This document shows, piece by piece, positions 25,801-35,582 of a stretch of DNA of 64,000 bases. The stretch is taken from NCBI RefSeq assembly GCF_963853765.1, contig NC_088862.1:9486001-9550000 (forward strand), given 5' to 3'. The DNA comes from Magallana gigas (lineage: Eukaryota). Position 1 is the stretch's first letter. Every line of letters begins with the position of its first letter. Both the position numbers and the translations under genes were made by a program. The notes under the pieces were generated by a model. The model was given only the letters and a program-made list of their open reading frames with translations. It was not told the DNA's origin and did no database searches.

Positions 25801-26813
25801 ATACAGATTCTGAACGCTGTATCACCGGAACTTGGGTGACTAGCGAACTTCAAAAAGCCTTAGAATGCGGATACCAGTTAAAGAAAATTTACGAAGTGTG
25901 GCATTTTCCAGAAAAAAGTCAGGATCTCTTTCGCAGTTACATTGACACGTTTTTGAAAATCAAACAGGAAGCCTCTGGATATCCCCCCGATTGCGAGACC
26001 GAGGAACAACGGGTAGCTTACATCCGCGACATATTTGATCGAGAGAAATTGATGTTGAACCCTATAGAAATCGAGAAAAATCCCGTGAAACGAACTATTG
26101 CCAAGTTATTTTTGAATTGCTTGTGGGGAAAATTTGCTCAGCGCCTTCAATTACCTAAAATTGAATATTTGAAAGAAGAAGAACAATTGACGAGAATGTT
26201 ACAGGACAGCACTCTTGAAATCAAAGGAGTTGAGTTATTAAACAACTTAGAACAACCCGAACGAGATTTGATTTTGATTAATTATCTGGAAAAACAAGAT
26301 TTCATCGAAGACTGCCCCTTTGGAAACGTGGTGTTAGCTGCTTTTACTACTGCTCATGCTCGTTTACATTTATACGACACCTTAGAAAAATTAGGAGATC
26401 GGGTTCTTTATTTCGATACCGACAGTATTATTTATCAACACGTAGAAGGGTTGTATAATCCTACTATAGTCAATAGTTTAGGAGGATGGACCGACGAATT
26501 GGAGGGAGGTCATATTACCAAATTCATGTCTGGTGGCCCTAAGAATTATGCGTTTGAAACAGATACTGGAAAAAGCGTGCAAAAAGTCAAAGGCCTTACT
26601 TTGAATCATCGAGCTTCTCAAATCGTAACCATGAAGGCTTTAGAGAAAATGATTTTTAAAGAATTGGATGAAGTGACGGTCACTTATCCTCATAAAATCC
26701 AGAGAACCAAGAGACATGAATTATTGACCAAACATTTTACTAAGAAATATCAAATTGTATATGATAAACGGCAGATCATTGATGATTTTAAGACTCTTCC
26801 TTTTGGTTATTAA
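22812..26813 (+). CDS. POLB: Protein-primed family B DNA polymerase with N-terminal OTU-like/terminal-protein region and a Vsr-like nuclease insertion
   Basis: ExoI YFDFE, ExoII HNFKGYDG, ExoIII (N)CISD; Pol motifs YVDVCSLYP, KLFLNCLWGKF, YFDTDS and GPKNY. First ATG at 22812; an alternative start is at 22878. Confidence 0.97.
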   Translation: MNITIALLNIFSFWIHPLKAREMNVDESILLNKSRLLRYKRKRLIDENLKLLKKKKAVRKAVKKKVVSDFYNVRLDRGRQSRKFKVKQNVYTVSFRPFPQKSDSGFVKRLLSDMLKEVKERMQCNPNDYLRLNLRHPSLDSEIWYEFTQSKNLNEATILNKVQAVQQSKKDFTITDGSAEFELFHVKYPQGSGGQKVRHLHANKEKFKKGKRSVLKIKNVGDHLCLPRAIVVARLHSQRPSDPLELPRWKKQWDRIKRNDILSPQQKKEALELMKKAHCDANLPCGPLEWNKLQEVLLPEYRLKIFQFKTVSSRLKLEAIYKGKGNGKCLNVLLNDEHYDTILSMPGLTEKQYYCDYCDVGYSHIEDHRVKCPYLCSFCLGDTPCISDGSSIVCSDCKGYFKSKICYQRHLESYSKNSETSVCSLMDRCSHCQKWMSKKLLPYHKCGDGKWCKICRETVEKDHQCFVQVKPTLKERGKKLQMYIYFDFECTQENGTHVPNLCVAHRVCQYCDHLKVDQPCSHCEHLGPRRHLFRGSETLKQFMEWLFQAQPHATQKSQSQLLHEGAIVIAHNFKGYDGQFILNYLVHTACITPSVIMNGTKILSMEVLGLKFIDSYNYLPFALSKMPSAFGFEEMKKGYFPHFFNTEQNQNYVGPYPPASYYNPDDMTCSGRKAFYDWYRQQEGKLFDFQKEFVDNCISDVDILQRCCAQFRKTIQSLVQVNPFQEAITFASTANLAYRRGFMPEDSIAIIPNLGYDPARQFSMKACRWLAWMSRDGRRIYHAKNGGEINLGPYTVDGYDPESNTVYEFHGCYWHGCPQCHSDLQNENHPHRVDCTYGTLYEQTLIREHHLREQGYKVVSIWEHDFDLEMKNNFELQEFVGNLNFQDPLNPREALYGGRTNATRLFCTEGDMRYVDVCSLYPFVLKHRPFPMGHPEIITENFEEISNYFGLIQCQVLPPRGLYHPVLPYRTGGKLLFPLCRTCAQKLCQDPQYRCQHTDSERCITGTWVTSELQKALECGYQLKKIYEVWHFPEKSQDLFRSYIDTFLKIKQEASGYPPDCETEEQRVAYIRDIFDREKLMLNPIEIEKNPVKRTIAKLFLNCLWGKFAQRLQLPKIEYLKEEEQLTRMLQDSTLEIKGVELLNNLEQPERDLILINYLEKQDFIEDCPFGNVVLAAFTTAHARLHLYDTLEKLGDRVLYFDTDSIIYQHVEGLYNPTIVNSLGGWTDELEGGHITKFMSGGPKNYAFETDTGKSVQKVKGLTLNHRASQIVTMKALEKMIFKELDEVTVTYPHKIQRTKRHELLTKHFTKKYQIVYDKRQIIDDFKTLPFGY

Positions 26814-27101
26814 ACTTGTTTGTTCGAATAAAATATATGAAAAAATATCACCTCTTGTTTTTTTCTTAGGACCAGAGTCCTCTTTATATATGATAAAATA
26901 ATAAACAATGGATTTCAAATGCAAAAAAACTTTTAATTGGAAAACTCAGCAAACAAACATACAACATATTTACATGATTTTTTTGAAAGACATTTAGTAA
27001 TGAGAAAAAAACATATTTACCATTAATGATTAAAGAATCCAAAAAAACTTCACATATATACACAGATTGATTTTTTTTCTCACACGGATTTCACACGGAT
27101 T

Positions 27102-27986
27102 TCACATATTTTTAATTCTTTCCATGACTCTGCAGACTTGGAGCAGTTTCAGGAGTTCTTTGTTGTTCCCAAGCATTTTCATTTTCAGGTAAGACTGGTA
27201 GAGTAATTGTTTTTTAGCAATTCGTAGTTTTTTCCTACTTCTTTCTTCTTCTTCAATTTCCTCTTCTCTTTTTCTTTTCTCTCCTGCCAAACGGTTGACC
27301 ATTTTGCTGTATGTTTCGCAATTCAGCCATAATCCCGTCAATTCTTCTTTGGCTTTCCCGTAATCCGTACAAATTTTGTAAACCCCGCTTACTTTGTCTG
27401 CTTTGGCTCCCTCGATTTCCTCCAGCTCCTGTTGACTCATGTTCTCTACCAATTTGTCCGTGTCGATTTCTTCTCCCATCCATTGCATCTCGTTCCAGTC
27501 ACCGTCCTCTTCAGTACCAGTGAGATCATTTAATATTTCTTGGAAATCGGATGCGACCACTTCTAAGGGGGTTTGATCAGTTCCCTCCTCCATTTTACTG
27601 CTCACCAGGAAAATTTCTGTCTCCGCCTCTTTTCCTTCTTCTTCTATTTCCTCCTCATCTGTTTCTTCTTCTTTCTCTGTTTCTTCTTCTTCTTTCTCTC
27701 TTTCTTCTCCTTCTTTCTTTTCTTCTTCTTCTTCTTCTTTCTCTCTTTCTTCCTCCTTCTCTTCTTCCTTCTCTCCTTCTTTCTCTTTTTCTTCCTCCTT
27801 TTTTATCAAATAAAGTTTCTCTGGTTCCATCTTCTCTACTTCCATCGGTTCAAATATTGAGGGAGGACATTCGACTTTTGGCATCATGTATCCAACACCG
27901 CCGTCCGCTAAGGGTACCGCGATTATAGCTCTTATCTCTCCTTCCATTTTATTGTTGCGTTTTACTTTACTGTGGCACTTCCCCAT
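27102..27986 (-). CDS. Maverick 294-aa Glu-rich acidic protein with possible N-myristoylation signal
   Basis: Starts MGKCHS (MGxxxS); poly-E/K low-complexity middle; basic NLS-like C-terminal region; TATAAAAA ~35 nt upstream. Confidence 0.8.
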   Translation of the reverse strand: MGKCHSKVKRNNKMEGEIRAIIAVPLADGGVGYMMPKVECPPSIFEPMEVEKMEPEKLYLIKKEEEKEKEGEKEEEKEEEREKEEEEEEKKEGEEREKEEEETEKEEETDEEEIEEEGKEAETEIFLVSSKMEEGTDQTPLEVVASDFQEILNDLTGTEEDGDWNEMQWMGEEIDTDKLVENMSQQELEEIEGAKADKVSGVYKICTDYGKAKEELTGLWLNCETYSKMVNRLAGEKRKREEEIEEEERSRKKLRIAKKQLLYQSYLKMKMLGNNKELLKLLQVCRVMERIKNM

Positions 27987-28093
27987 GAAAATTGTGACGA
28001 ATAATGATTTGAGCTGTCTTTTTATATCCTCTCAATAACGAAAGTAGTTTGTTTCTCGGTACTGGACTACGTGACGTGTCACAGCCAGGTGTT

Positions 28094-28621
28094 TCATTCA
28101 CGAGCTGAACTAGGTGCCCTCTCTTGCCAAGTCTGATCGTAACTCTTACAGCATTGACCTTTGTGCGTTTTAGGCTTTTTATAGTTTTCATTGAACCATT
28201 GTCTCACGTAGCGATCTGTTTGTTTTGGTGTCCAGTGTTTAGGAAATAATTGTTTTAATACTTTACGGCCTCTTCTATGACGATGATGTAAAAAATAGAC
28301 ACAATATTCCCCGCACACTTTACTTGTAAAATCTTGATAACGCCTTCCATTATATATCATGTGATGACTGTTTCTTTCAATAAATTCTTGAATTTCCTTA
28401 TACAAGGGGGGAAATCCATAAGAATCGAAATATTCGATCGTATCTCCGTCTAAATATAAACACACCCAATGAGCTCCCGGTTGATCTTGAGGATCTGTGT
28501 TTATGACCATGGCTTTTTCTTTAAAATTTAAATGTTTAGGAATGATATCAAGAGCATAGACACCTGCAAAAGAAGATCCTAAATCTGCCTTTAAGACTTT
28601 TTTCAATTGATAGGTATCCAT
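28094..28621 (-). CDS. PRO: Adenain-like cysteine maturation protease
   Basis: INTD....PGAHWV (catalytic H), EYFDSYG (D), YQDFTSKVCGEYC (Q and catalytic C). Confidence 0.95.
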   Translation of the reverse strand: MDTYQLKKVLKADLGSSFAGVYALDIIPKHLNFKEKAMVINTDPQDQPGAHWVCLYLDGDTIEYFDSYGFPPLYKEIQEFIERNSHHMIYNGRRYQDFTSKVCGEYCVYFLHHRHRRGRKVLKQLFPKHWTPKQTDRYVRQWFNENYKKPKTHKGQCCKSYDQTWQERAPSSARE

Positions 28622-30024
28622 TAATAATCAGTGCTGACTTCTCTTTGTTTGTTGATTTCTAGCACGTTATCAAATTCAGCGTAGACTAAACAATTCAGAG
28701 TTTCTGTCGTGTTTTCTGCAAATTGAATTTCGATTCTCAAATTTCCTGTTTCAATCAGATGAAACTTGTCTAGCTGTGCCTCCTGATCTTTGGTGAAATC
28801 TATACACCACAAGGTGTAGCCGTCTTTATACTCGTCGAAACTAATTCCTGGGGCCCAATCGGCACCGAATTTTCCCAGTCCTTGATACAGACTCAAGTAA
28901 GATCTGAGATACAAGTCGTTAGCGAAATCCGGCTCATAGGGTCGGGTACTGATGGTTTCTCCGTTGATGGTGACATCTAATCTTTTGACTTTGGCGTTTT
29001 TGAAATTGAACGGGTTTTTAGTACTAGTGCCATTGAAAGCGTCATTAGCTACCAGACCCAAAACGATTCGTTTTGGCATTTGCCCTTGAAACAGATGATC
29101 GCTGATTTTGGATTGGGTTCCTGTAGGAATGGTGAACGTTTTAACGTCTACCCGTCTTAGGGGATACTTGGCCGTTTCTACGTTCAACCTCTCGTTGATA
29201 GTATTCAACACGGCTGCAGTAGGTCTGACTTTTCTGACCCACAGTAACACGTTCAGAAGTTTTATTTTTCCTGTACTCCCTGCCTTAGTCATCATGTAAA
29301 AATCAGACTTTGTTCGGTTAAATCTCAAACGAATATCTACTCCGTTGGGAATGAATTTGTCCTGTTGAAAGAGATCTAGATACAGACGATCGATTAAAGT
29401 AATCTTTTTGCCGTCGTTGATGACATTGTGGCGCTTTCTCAACCCGTCGTTTTCAGAACCGGCTGGATAGGTCAGTGCCATATTTGCAGCAGTTATGGTG
29501 ATTTTGTCACCAGCCACAGTATATTCATTTTTACCTAGACCTGCATTCGCTATATCTAAATCATCCATTTTTCCTGCCGTGTCTTTTTCCCACAGACTGC
29601 AAGCAGACATTTGAGAGTCTAAGGTTTCGGGTCTGTAAGAAAGTAATTTCTCTAAATAGGCTTTGTAAGGATAGGTATCTGTTCCTGGGGTAACGATTTT
29701 ACCATTCAGAGTGAGATCGATTTCTGAGAACAAAGAATGTATGATGTTATTCACGGGAGTGGATATTCCATTTACTCCCGTTAAATTACCGCCATCGGCT
29801 TTCGTGAATTTACAAACTATTTGTAAATAAGTCTGTGAGAGATCTATGTATTCGTCTCCCTGTCCCTGAATATCGAATTCAATGGGAGCTGTATCGGAAT
29901 CGAGGGTACTGGAAATGGGATAATATTCCATCCATTTCGATTCTTCCAAGGCTATGTTGGTGGGGGGAACCTGGAACAATTCTAAATTGTCCATCCCACA
30001 CATGCATGACTCTCTGTGCATCAT
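28621..30024 (-). CDS. MCP: Major capsid protein (double jelly-roll, Polinton PY-type)
   Basis: N-terminal [31 protein letters not shown] signature; [17 protein letters not shown]; [17 protein letters not shown]...KNPFNF; 467 aa, adjacent to the protease. Confidence 0.92.
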   Translation of the reverse strand: MMHRESCMCGMDNLELFQVPPTNIALEESKWMEYYPISSTLDSDTAPIEFDIQGQGDEYIDLSQTYLQIVCKFTKADGGNLTGVNGISTPVNNIIHSLFSEIDLTLNGKIVTPGTDTYPYKAYLEKLLSYRPETLDSQMSACSLWEKDTAGKMDDLDIANAGLGKNEYTVAGDKITITAANMALTYPAGSENDGLRKRHNVINDGKKITLIDRLYLDLFQQDKFIPNGVDIRLRFNRTKSDFYMMTKAGSTGKIKLLNVLLWVRKVRPTAAVLNTINERLNVETAKYPLRRVDVKTFTIPTGTQSKISDHLFQGQMPKRIVLGLVANDAFNGTSTKNPFNFKNAKVKRLDVTINGETISTRPYEPDFANDLYLRSYLSLYQGLGKFGADWAPGISFDEYKDGYTLWCIDFTKDQEAQLDKFHLIETGNLRIEIQFAENTTETLNCLVYAEFDNVLEINKQREVSTDY

Positions 30025-30122
30025 TTTTGAAGCTTAAAAAAGTGTGTGTGTGACTTTTGAATTAAGGTACTCGACTGTCTAGGGTGAGGGGTCTGACTCT
30101 CTTTTTATAGGGGGGGCATTGG

Positions 30123-31019
30123 TCAGTCAAAAATATCCATGAGTCTTGCTTTTTTACCTGTTCCCACTTTTATTGTTCTTTTTCTTTTTTTAGTAGGTCC
30201 TCCCTTCGCTAGAATTGTTTTCTCTAAATTTTTTTCTGCTTTTTGAATGCCTTCTATGGCTCGGGCAACACCCGCTTCTTTGATATTTTTTCCTTTCAGG
30301 ACATCTATGCCTGTTTTAGCAGCAGTCTGTATCGCTTGTTTAGTTCCTTCTTTAATGATTTTTTGAGCGCCTCTTTGAATTCCTTTTTTTATTCCTTTTT
30401 TAATTCCTCTTTTCAATAGGGCTTGAGTCCCCTTTTTTAATAATTTAGGGAGTTGTTTAATTCCTCCTTTGACTAGGTCACTGACTACTCCTTCGCCTCT
30501 TTGTTTTCTTCTTCTTCTTCTTCTTCTTGTTCCACTACCCCATTGATTTGGCATTAAGAGATTAACTCTTCGCTCAATAGCTGAGTCTAGCTTATTTTTT
30601 ATCATTGGTATCACTTTACTACTAAGCAATGAACCTATGATAGGAGATCCCATAAGGGGAAGTTTTTGTCTTAGAAGACTATCGGCTAAAGGAATAGCAA
30701 TATTTTTAAGTCTATTACTACTCCTGACTCTTAAATTATGTAAAATGGTATTTTTACTGGTGTTCAGGCCTTGAGCTATGGCATCTCTGACTCCTACCCC
30801 ACGTAAAAAAGCATTTTTACTGACGTTAAAACCTTGTTTTAGGGCATCAGTCACGAAACCTTGGCCCGTTTGTTTGTTTTTTTTCTTTCTTATCAAACCT
30901 CCAACAAAATCTCCGACGAGAGGTGCTAAGGCACTGGCCGCTACGGACCCTCCTAATTTAAGGAGAGTACCTAAGCCTCCGTGACCTCTTTGGTGTAATA
31001 AGCCGCTATAAACATCCAT
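30123..31019 (-). CDS. Basic Lys/Arg/Gly-rich core protein (298 aa) with repeated QxGxG motifs
   Basis: QRGHG, QTGQG, QWGSG and QRGEG motifs; RRRRRRRK tract; ATG at 31019 preceded by TATAAAAAGAG. Confidence 0.82.
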   Translation of the reverse strand: MDVYSGLLHQRGHGGLGTLLKLGGSVAASALAPLVGDFVGGLIRKKKNKQTGQGFVTDALKQGFNVSKNAFLRGVGVRDAIAQGLNTSKNTILHNLRVRSSNRLKNIAIPLADSLLRQKLPLMGSPIIGSLLSSKVIPMIKNKLDSAIERRVNLLMPNQWGSGTRRRRRRRKQRGEGVVSDLVKGGIKQLPKLLKKGTQALLKRGIKKGIKKGIQRGAQKIIKEGTKQAIQTAAKTGIDVLKGKNIKEAGVARAIEGIQKAEKNLEKTILAKGGPTKKRKRTIKVGTGKKARLMDIFD

Positions 31020-31068
31020 CAAGACTGAAAAATATACTTAGTGATTTCTCTTTTTATATCATTTTGAA

Positions 31069-31263
31069 TTAGGGTCTGTTTCTATGTCTGTATCTTCTTG
31101 CTACTATTCTTCTTCCTCTCCCTCGTTGAGGGAGTAATGAAGAAATTCTAGAAAGTGCCATTCCTGCTACCGTGGGGGCAAGAGCACTCATTAGAGCTGG
31201 CATAAATTGTACAAATCCTCCTTTCTGACCCCTCCTTCTTCTTCGTCTATGTCTATAGGCCAT
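31069..31263 (-). CDS. Small Arg-rich core protein (64 aa) with adenovirus pX/Mu-like architecture
   Basis: MAYRHRRRRRRGQKGG|FVQFMPALMSALAPTVAGMAL...QRGRGRR; own TATATAAATAG box upstream. Confidence 0.72.
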   Translation of the reverse strand: MAYRHRRRRRRGQKGGFVQFMPALMSALAPTVAGMALSRISSLLPQRGRGRRIVARRYRHRNRP

Positions 31264-31402
31264 GTTGATTGATAATGAGGTCAAATCATAAATATCTCTC
31301 TATTTATATACTCTCAGTATCGTCTGATACATTCAATACACCAACTAAATATCAAAATTGTCGATACTGTTAGAGTAACAATCAGAATCCACAGCTCCAT
31401 GT

Positions 31403-32608
31403 TTAAAAGGCTTTTTTAAAATGAAGTTTTACCACCGTTCTTCCACTTAAAAAAGGAAATACGGCTCCTAAAGGAGTTCTGATCTGAATTTCAATCGTGT
31501 CAAAATGTTTCTTACTCAATTTCAAATATTCTACTCTTCTGGGTTCCCACGTAAATTGGTATTGATCCCAACTTGGGGGGTAACTTGCGTTGATGGGGAC
31601 CACTCTCAGCAATTTTAATTGATTAGATCCTACGATCTGGGGTTCTACGATGTCGCAGTAAATGAATAATTGTTTCAGGTTTACTGATAAGTCAAGGCTG
31701 TAACGAGGATGATAAGCCACGTTGATCCATTTGGTATGACCAGCCCCTAACTCTACATCTTTCTTTCCATCAGCATGATTGTACATTGTAGCTAAAGCAA
31801 TAAATTTGCCAACGTCATGGTTACTTTCAAGAAAAAGAGCAGCATCATCAAATCCAAATTTATAAGCTAAGGAGATAGGAAAACGAATGGCAAAAAGGCA
31901 TTCTTCACGTAATTTCCTTCCATTGATATGATACTCTAATCGGTCAAAAGTCTTGTCGTGAAACAACTGCAGGTTATTGTTAGATAGTATTCTCTCTTCT
32001 ATTTTTTCTGTTTGTTTAGCTAATGTTTTTCTTGCCTCGTCTGCACTTAAATTTAATAGCTGATCTTTTGTCAATCTTTGTTGTGGAACACCGCCACCAC
32101 ACTGTATCCACAGTCTTCTAAACGTTCGTTGCAGACCCAGATTGATTTCATTAATCAGTTCGTCAACATTAGCATACTCTCCACTTTTAAAAAAAATTCT
32201 ATGAATGGTCATTTTCGTATCCTCGGGTGGGATTTTTTTATTATCATCGCTTTTCTTAAAATTATTATTATAAAAAGAGTCCTTCCAGTCGGTCATAGGT
32301 AAGATATTTTTCAGATTTACAGCCGTTAATTGTTCCTCTCTAAATCGCTCAGTTTTGCCTTGGTCTGGATTATCTATCATGTTTTGATATTTGTTTTCAA
32401 AGAGTACATCTACATAGGCCTCGCTTTCTGAAATGTTTTCAATACTACTGGCATATTGAACTTCAGTGAGACCCACTTCCCATTCACCAGCCGTTAAATC
32501 TACGGTTTGAGGTAATAACGTTTTAAATTGGGCCAGAGTATTTTCTGGAAATGTTTTATGGGACCCATCACTGGGTAAAGTCATGAAAAAACCTTCTCCT
32601 GCATCCAT
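31403..32608 (-). CDS. mCP: Minor capsid (penton) protein, single jelly-roll with large insertion
   Basis: FFMTLPSDGS...FPENT...F...LP..VDL..GEWEVGLTE.QY N-terminus and LFIYCDIVEPQIVGS....LLR.VP C-terminus, as in Polinton pentons; ATG at 32608. Confidence 0.88.
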   Translation of the reverse strand: MDAGEGFFMTLPSDGSHKTFPENTLAQFKTLLPQTVDLTAGEWEVGLTEVQYASSIENISESEAYVDVLFENKYQNMIDNPDQGKTERFREEQLTAVNLKNILPMTDWKDSFYNNNFKKSDDNKKIPPEDTKMTIHRIFFKSGEYANVDELINEINLGLQRTFRRLWIQCGGGVPQQRLTKDQLLNLSADEARKTLAKQTEKIEERILSNNNLQLFHDKTFDRLEYHINGRKLREECLFAIRFPISLAYKFGFDDAALFLESNHDVGKFIALATMYNHADGKKDVELGAGHTKWINVAYHPRYSLDLSVNLKQLFIYCDIVEPQIVGSNQLKLLRVVPINASYPPSWDQYQFTWEPRRVEYLKLSKKHFDTIEIQIRTPLGAVFPFLSGRTVVKLHFKKAF

Positions 32609-32732
32609 GATCAATTCAAAATGAATAAAAAATAAAATTACAAGTTTATTTATATATGAACAAATTTTAATTCAAACATACAACACAAATTCAGAAAAAA
32701 AGTTTTTTAAACATGAGAAAGTTTTTTAACAT

Positions 32733-33281
32733 TCACTTCGTATCCATGTCTTCATTTTTCTCTTCCATGACCCTCGCCATTTTCTGGGCGGCTTTTTCAT
32801 CAATCTCGGGAAAATTCTTTTCTTCTTCTTCTTCTTTTTGGACTGCGGGTTCAAAGGGAGGAAGATTTTCAAGGGGAAAAGGTTTTCTCATATACAGGTA
32901 CTCGACAGGGTCACAACAATCCACATAAGAGTATCCAGCTCTTCTAAATTTTTTCAATTCCATTAAAGTTTTCCCCAGTCGGTTTCCCCATTTCGATTCG
33001 TACATGGTCCACATTGGGTCCTGACGGTAAAAGGCTGCTTTTATTTTGTACTTGTACTGGTTATACTGGGTTTTTCCAAAGACCAGAAAGTGTTTAGGCA
33101 ATACGACTCTCTTGTACAAATAAGCCTGATCATGCTCTTCCATTAAATCACGCCCCTTTAAAAAATCTTTGTAACAGGCCCTCTTGGAAGGTAGCCATTC
33201 TCCCTTGTGAGAAGGCTTCTTGTCTGTTCTTCCGTGGTAGGCACATTCAATTTTCCAGCGATATTGATATCTTCGACTCAT
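32733..33281 (-). CDS. Maverick hypothetical protein (182 aa, Tyr/Lys-rich, acidic tail)
   Basis: ATG in aaaATG context; upstream TATAAAG, a perfect CRE (TGACGTCA, 33345-33352) and two CACCTG E-boxes. Confidence 0.75.
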   Translation of the reverse strand: MSRRYQYRWKIECAYHGRTDKKPSHKGEWLPSKRACYKDFLKGRDLMEEHDQAYLYKRVVLPKHFLVFGKTQYNQYKYKIKAAFYRQDPMWTMYESKWGNRLGKTLMELKKFRRAGYSYVDCCDPVEYLYMRKPFPLENLPPFEPAVQKEEEEEKNFPEIDEKAAQKMARVMEEKNEDMDTK

Positions 33282-33395
33282 TTTGGTCAGTATGCCGATA
33301 ACAGCTCAGAGTGTTCTTTATATGGAGGTTTTTTCAAGGTTAAATGACGTCAATAAGGGACCCCAGGTGTCAGGTGTTGTTTGTTGTTGTTATTG

Positions 33396-33644
33396 TTATG
33401 GTAGCTCCTGTTTAGACTTGGGAGGGCTGGGACTGGGCATAATGTACCCCATGACCGAGCTAAGAATAACCATCCAGAAATCTCGATTCGTATCGTGTAA
33501 GGCTAACATTGCAATAGAGGCAATAATTAAAGTAATACAAATCAATAATTGAGCAAAAAAGATAATTTCAGCTCTAGGTATTTTTCCACAGCATAGTTTC
33601 CAATGTTCTATTTTGGAAGAATGAGATCCGATTGGGGTATCCAT
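33396..33644 (-). CDS. Small two-transmembrane-helix protein (82 aa)
   Basis: Hydrophobic segments IIFFAQLLICITLIIASIAMLAL and FWMVILSSVMGYIMPSP; overlaps the 3' end of the integrase by 37 nt. Confidence 0.75.
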   Translation of the reverse strand: MDTPIGSHSSKIEHWKLCCGKIPRAEIIFFAQLLICITLIIASIAMLALHDTNRDFWMVILSSVMGYIMPSPSPPKSKQELP

Positions 33645-34720
33645 GAATCAAAACTGGAAGGATATCCCTTCCAACTCACTTTGACAAGAGAAATGGATTT
33701 TTTTCCGACCCGTCCCTTTTTATAGCCTAAAATTTCATCCACTTCATAGACTTCGTCTTTTTTAGTCACTTTCTGTAATTCAGATTCGTAAAAAGTGCCT
33801 TCTAATTCTTCTCCGTTAAAATCTTTTACCTTATATCTATAAGGTACAGATTCCTGGATTAAACGAGATACTTTAAATATCTCTCGAGTCCAATTCGGTA
33901 AATAACCTTTTTCAAAGGTACGTTTAGCTTTACTGATTCTCACTCGATCTCCGTCTTTAAACTTAGGTTTTTTAAGACTTATTTTCTTATCGTACAATGT
34001 TTTCCACACTTCTAACACATTGGAGGAATTGACCTCAGCAGGAGCTCTCTTGATACTTCGATGGTAACTGTGATTATAAGCATATACTAAATCGGGTAAA
34101 ATATCCACATAACGTCGAGTTTTTTGACGAGTGAAATACCGCCACATTCTTCCTTTCAGAGTACGTTGAAATCGTTCTACGATACTGGCTTTAGTTTCTG
34201 CATTTCGGGTAGTAAAAAAATGAATGGATTTAAAAGCACTTATAAATTCCTTGTTGGTAAATTCCCGTCCTTGATCTGATTGAATGCGAAGAGGTTGTCT
34301 GCCGTCTTGTTTAATAATTTCCTTTAATCCCCGAATCATTTCTTTTCCCGATTTCTGTTTTATGGGTACTACCCAGGCATATTTAGATAACACATCAATA
34401 GCACACAATAAAAAAGTATAACCGTCATTGTCTTTTTTTAATTGAGAGACATCTGCTAAATCTAATTGCCATTGTTCGTCGATACCGGTCACTCTCGTTT
34501 GTCCTCTTATGAATTTTCTTTTTATGGGTTTATGCAGAGTATAAGCTTCTTGTTCTTTGAGCCATTTTCTAATTTCAGATAAAGAAATAGAATAGCCTTT
34601 GGCCCGTAATTGGCGATATAATGACTGTACTCCGCCATACCCTGTTTTAGGATCATAATAAATATCTTCTAACACAGAGTCAATATTCTCTCCTTTTTTT
34701 ATTTTCTTAAGACGTCCCAT
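33608..34720 (-). CDS. INT: Retroviral-type DDE integrase with C-terminal chromodomain
   Basis: WQLDLAD (D), IQSDQGREF (D), KASIVERFQRTLK (E); chromodomain YEVDEIL...VKVSWKGYPSSFDSWIP. Confidence 0.96.
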   Translation of the reverse strand: MGRLKKIKKGENIDSVLEDIYYDPKTGYGGVQSLYRQLRAKGYSISLSEIRKWLKEQEAYTLHKPIKRKFIRGQTRVTGIDEQWQLDLADVSQLKKDNDGYTFLLCAIDVLSKYAWVVPIKQKSGKEMIRGLKEIIKQDGRQPLRIQSDQGREFTNKEFISAFKSIHFFTTRNAETKASIVERFQRTLKGRMWRYFTRQKTRRYVDILPDLVYAYNHSYHRSIKRAPAEVNSSNVLEVWKTLYDKKISLKKPKFKDGDRVRISKAKRTFEKGYLPNWTREIFKVSRLIQESVPYRYKVKDFNGEELEGTFYESELQKVTKKDEVYEVDEILGYKKGRVGKKSISLVKVSWKGYPSSFDSWIPQSDLILPK

Positions 34721-34754
34721 CTAATACCAGAGGGTTCAGGAGAAAAACCGTAGT

Positions 34755-35582
34755 CTAAGTCGTCACTTTTTTTTTCTTTCTTTTAGGAGTCATAAAAGTA
34801 CTACTAGGGGTAATACTAGAGGCATCGTGAAATCCAGTGTCATCATCCTCATCATCATATTCTTTTAAGGGAGCAAGGGCTCTAGGTGTTCTAGGGGTAC
34901 TGATTTTTCCCGGTCTTTCCATAGCTTTTATAACGTTAGGATTTACCACATATTCTCTAGGGACTTTGGTTTCTTTCAAAGCTTGAGCAAATTCATTAGA
35001 ACCTGCCGGTGGAGGTAACCTACTACTAGATTTAATTTTCATTGTATTGGTAACTAAATCTACGATATTAGAACCAGGGATGGGTTCTCCTCGATAACTA
35101 ATTTCTCCATCGTCGTTCCATTGTATGACATTAGATTTTTTAAGGTGATCTAAAAGAAGCCCTGCTTTTCTTTGCATTTTACTAGAAACACTTCTGATTA
35201 CTTGCGAATCCATTTCCCTGGTTTTAGGAACAGCAACAGCAGGGGTAGCATCATCGGGGGCAGCAGCTCCATCAGCAGCAGCAGCAGCAGCAGGGGCACC
35301 ATCAGCAGGGGCAGCAGTAGGGGTAGGGGTAGCAGCAGCGGCAGCAGCGACAGCAGCAAGAGGATTTTGTTGAATACGAGCTTGAGCTAAATAATTTCGA
35401 TACCGGTATAATTGTTGCCCATACAGAGCTGCTTTTTCTTCAGGGGTCAAATCTGTTCTCGATTCAATCTGATCTAATTGTTGTCCTAACCCAATAGCAG
35501 CAGCAAATTCGGGAGGTTTAGGTAATTTACCTTTTAATTCCAATAACATACTCTCGGGAACCAATACCATTTTACGACTCAT
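34755..35582 (-). CDS. Conserved Maverick hypothetical protein (275 aa) with Ala-rich linker
   Basis: RKMVLVP N-terminus; IQWNDDGEISYRGEPIPGSNIVDL motif recalled from Polinton conserved ORFs; poly-Ala/Pro insert. Confidence 0.8.
   Translation of the reverse strand: MSRKMVLVPESMLLELKGKLPKPPEFAAAIGLGQQLDQIESRTDLTPEEKAALYGQQLYRYRNYLAQARIQQNPLAAVAAAAAATPTPTAAPADGAPAAAAAADGAAAPDDATPAVAVPKTREMDSQVIRSVSSKMQRKAGLLLDHLKKSNVIQWNDDGEISYRGEPIPGSNIVDLVTNTMKIKSSSRLPPPAGSNEFAQALKETKVPREYVVNPNVIKAMERPGKISTPRTPRALAPLKEYDDEDDDTGFHDASSITPSSTFMTPKRKKKKVTT

Noticed and set aside
33283-33552. 89-aa plus-strand ORF
   Set aside because: Antisense to the two-TM gene and its neighbouring promoter; no motif support.
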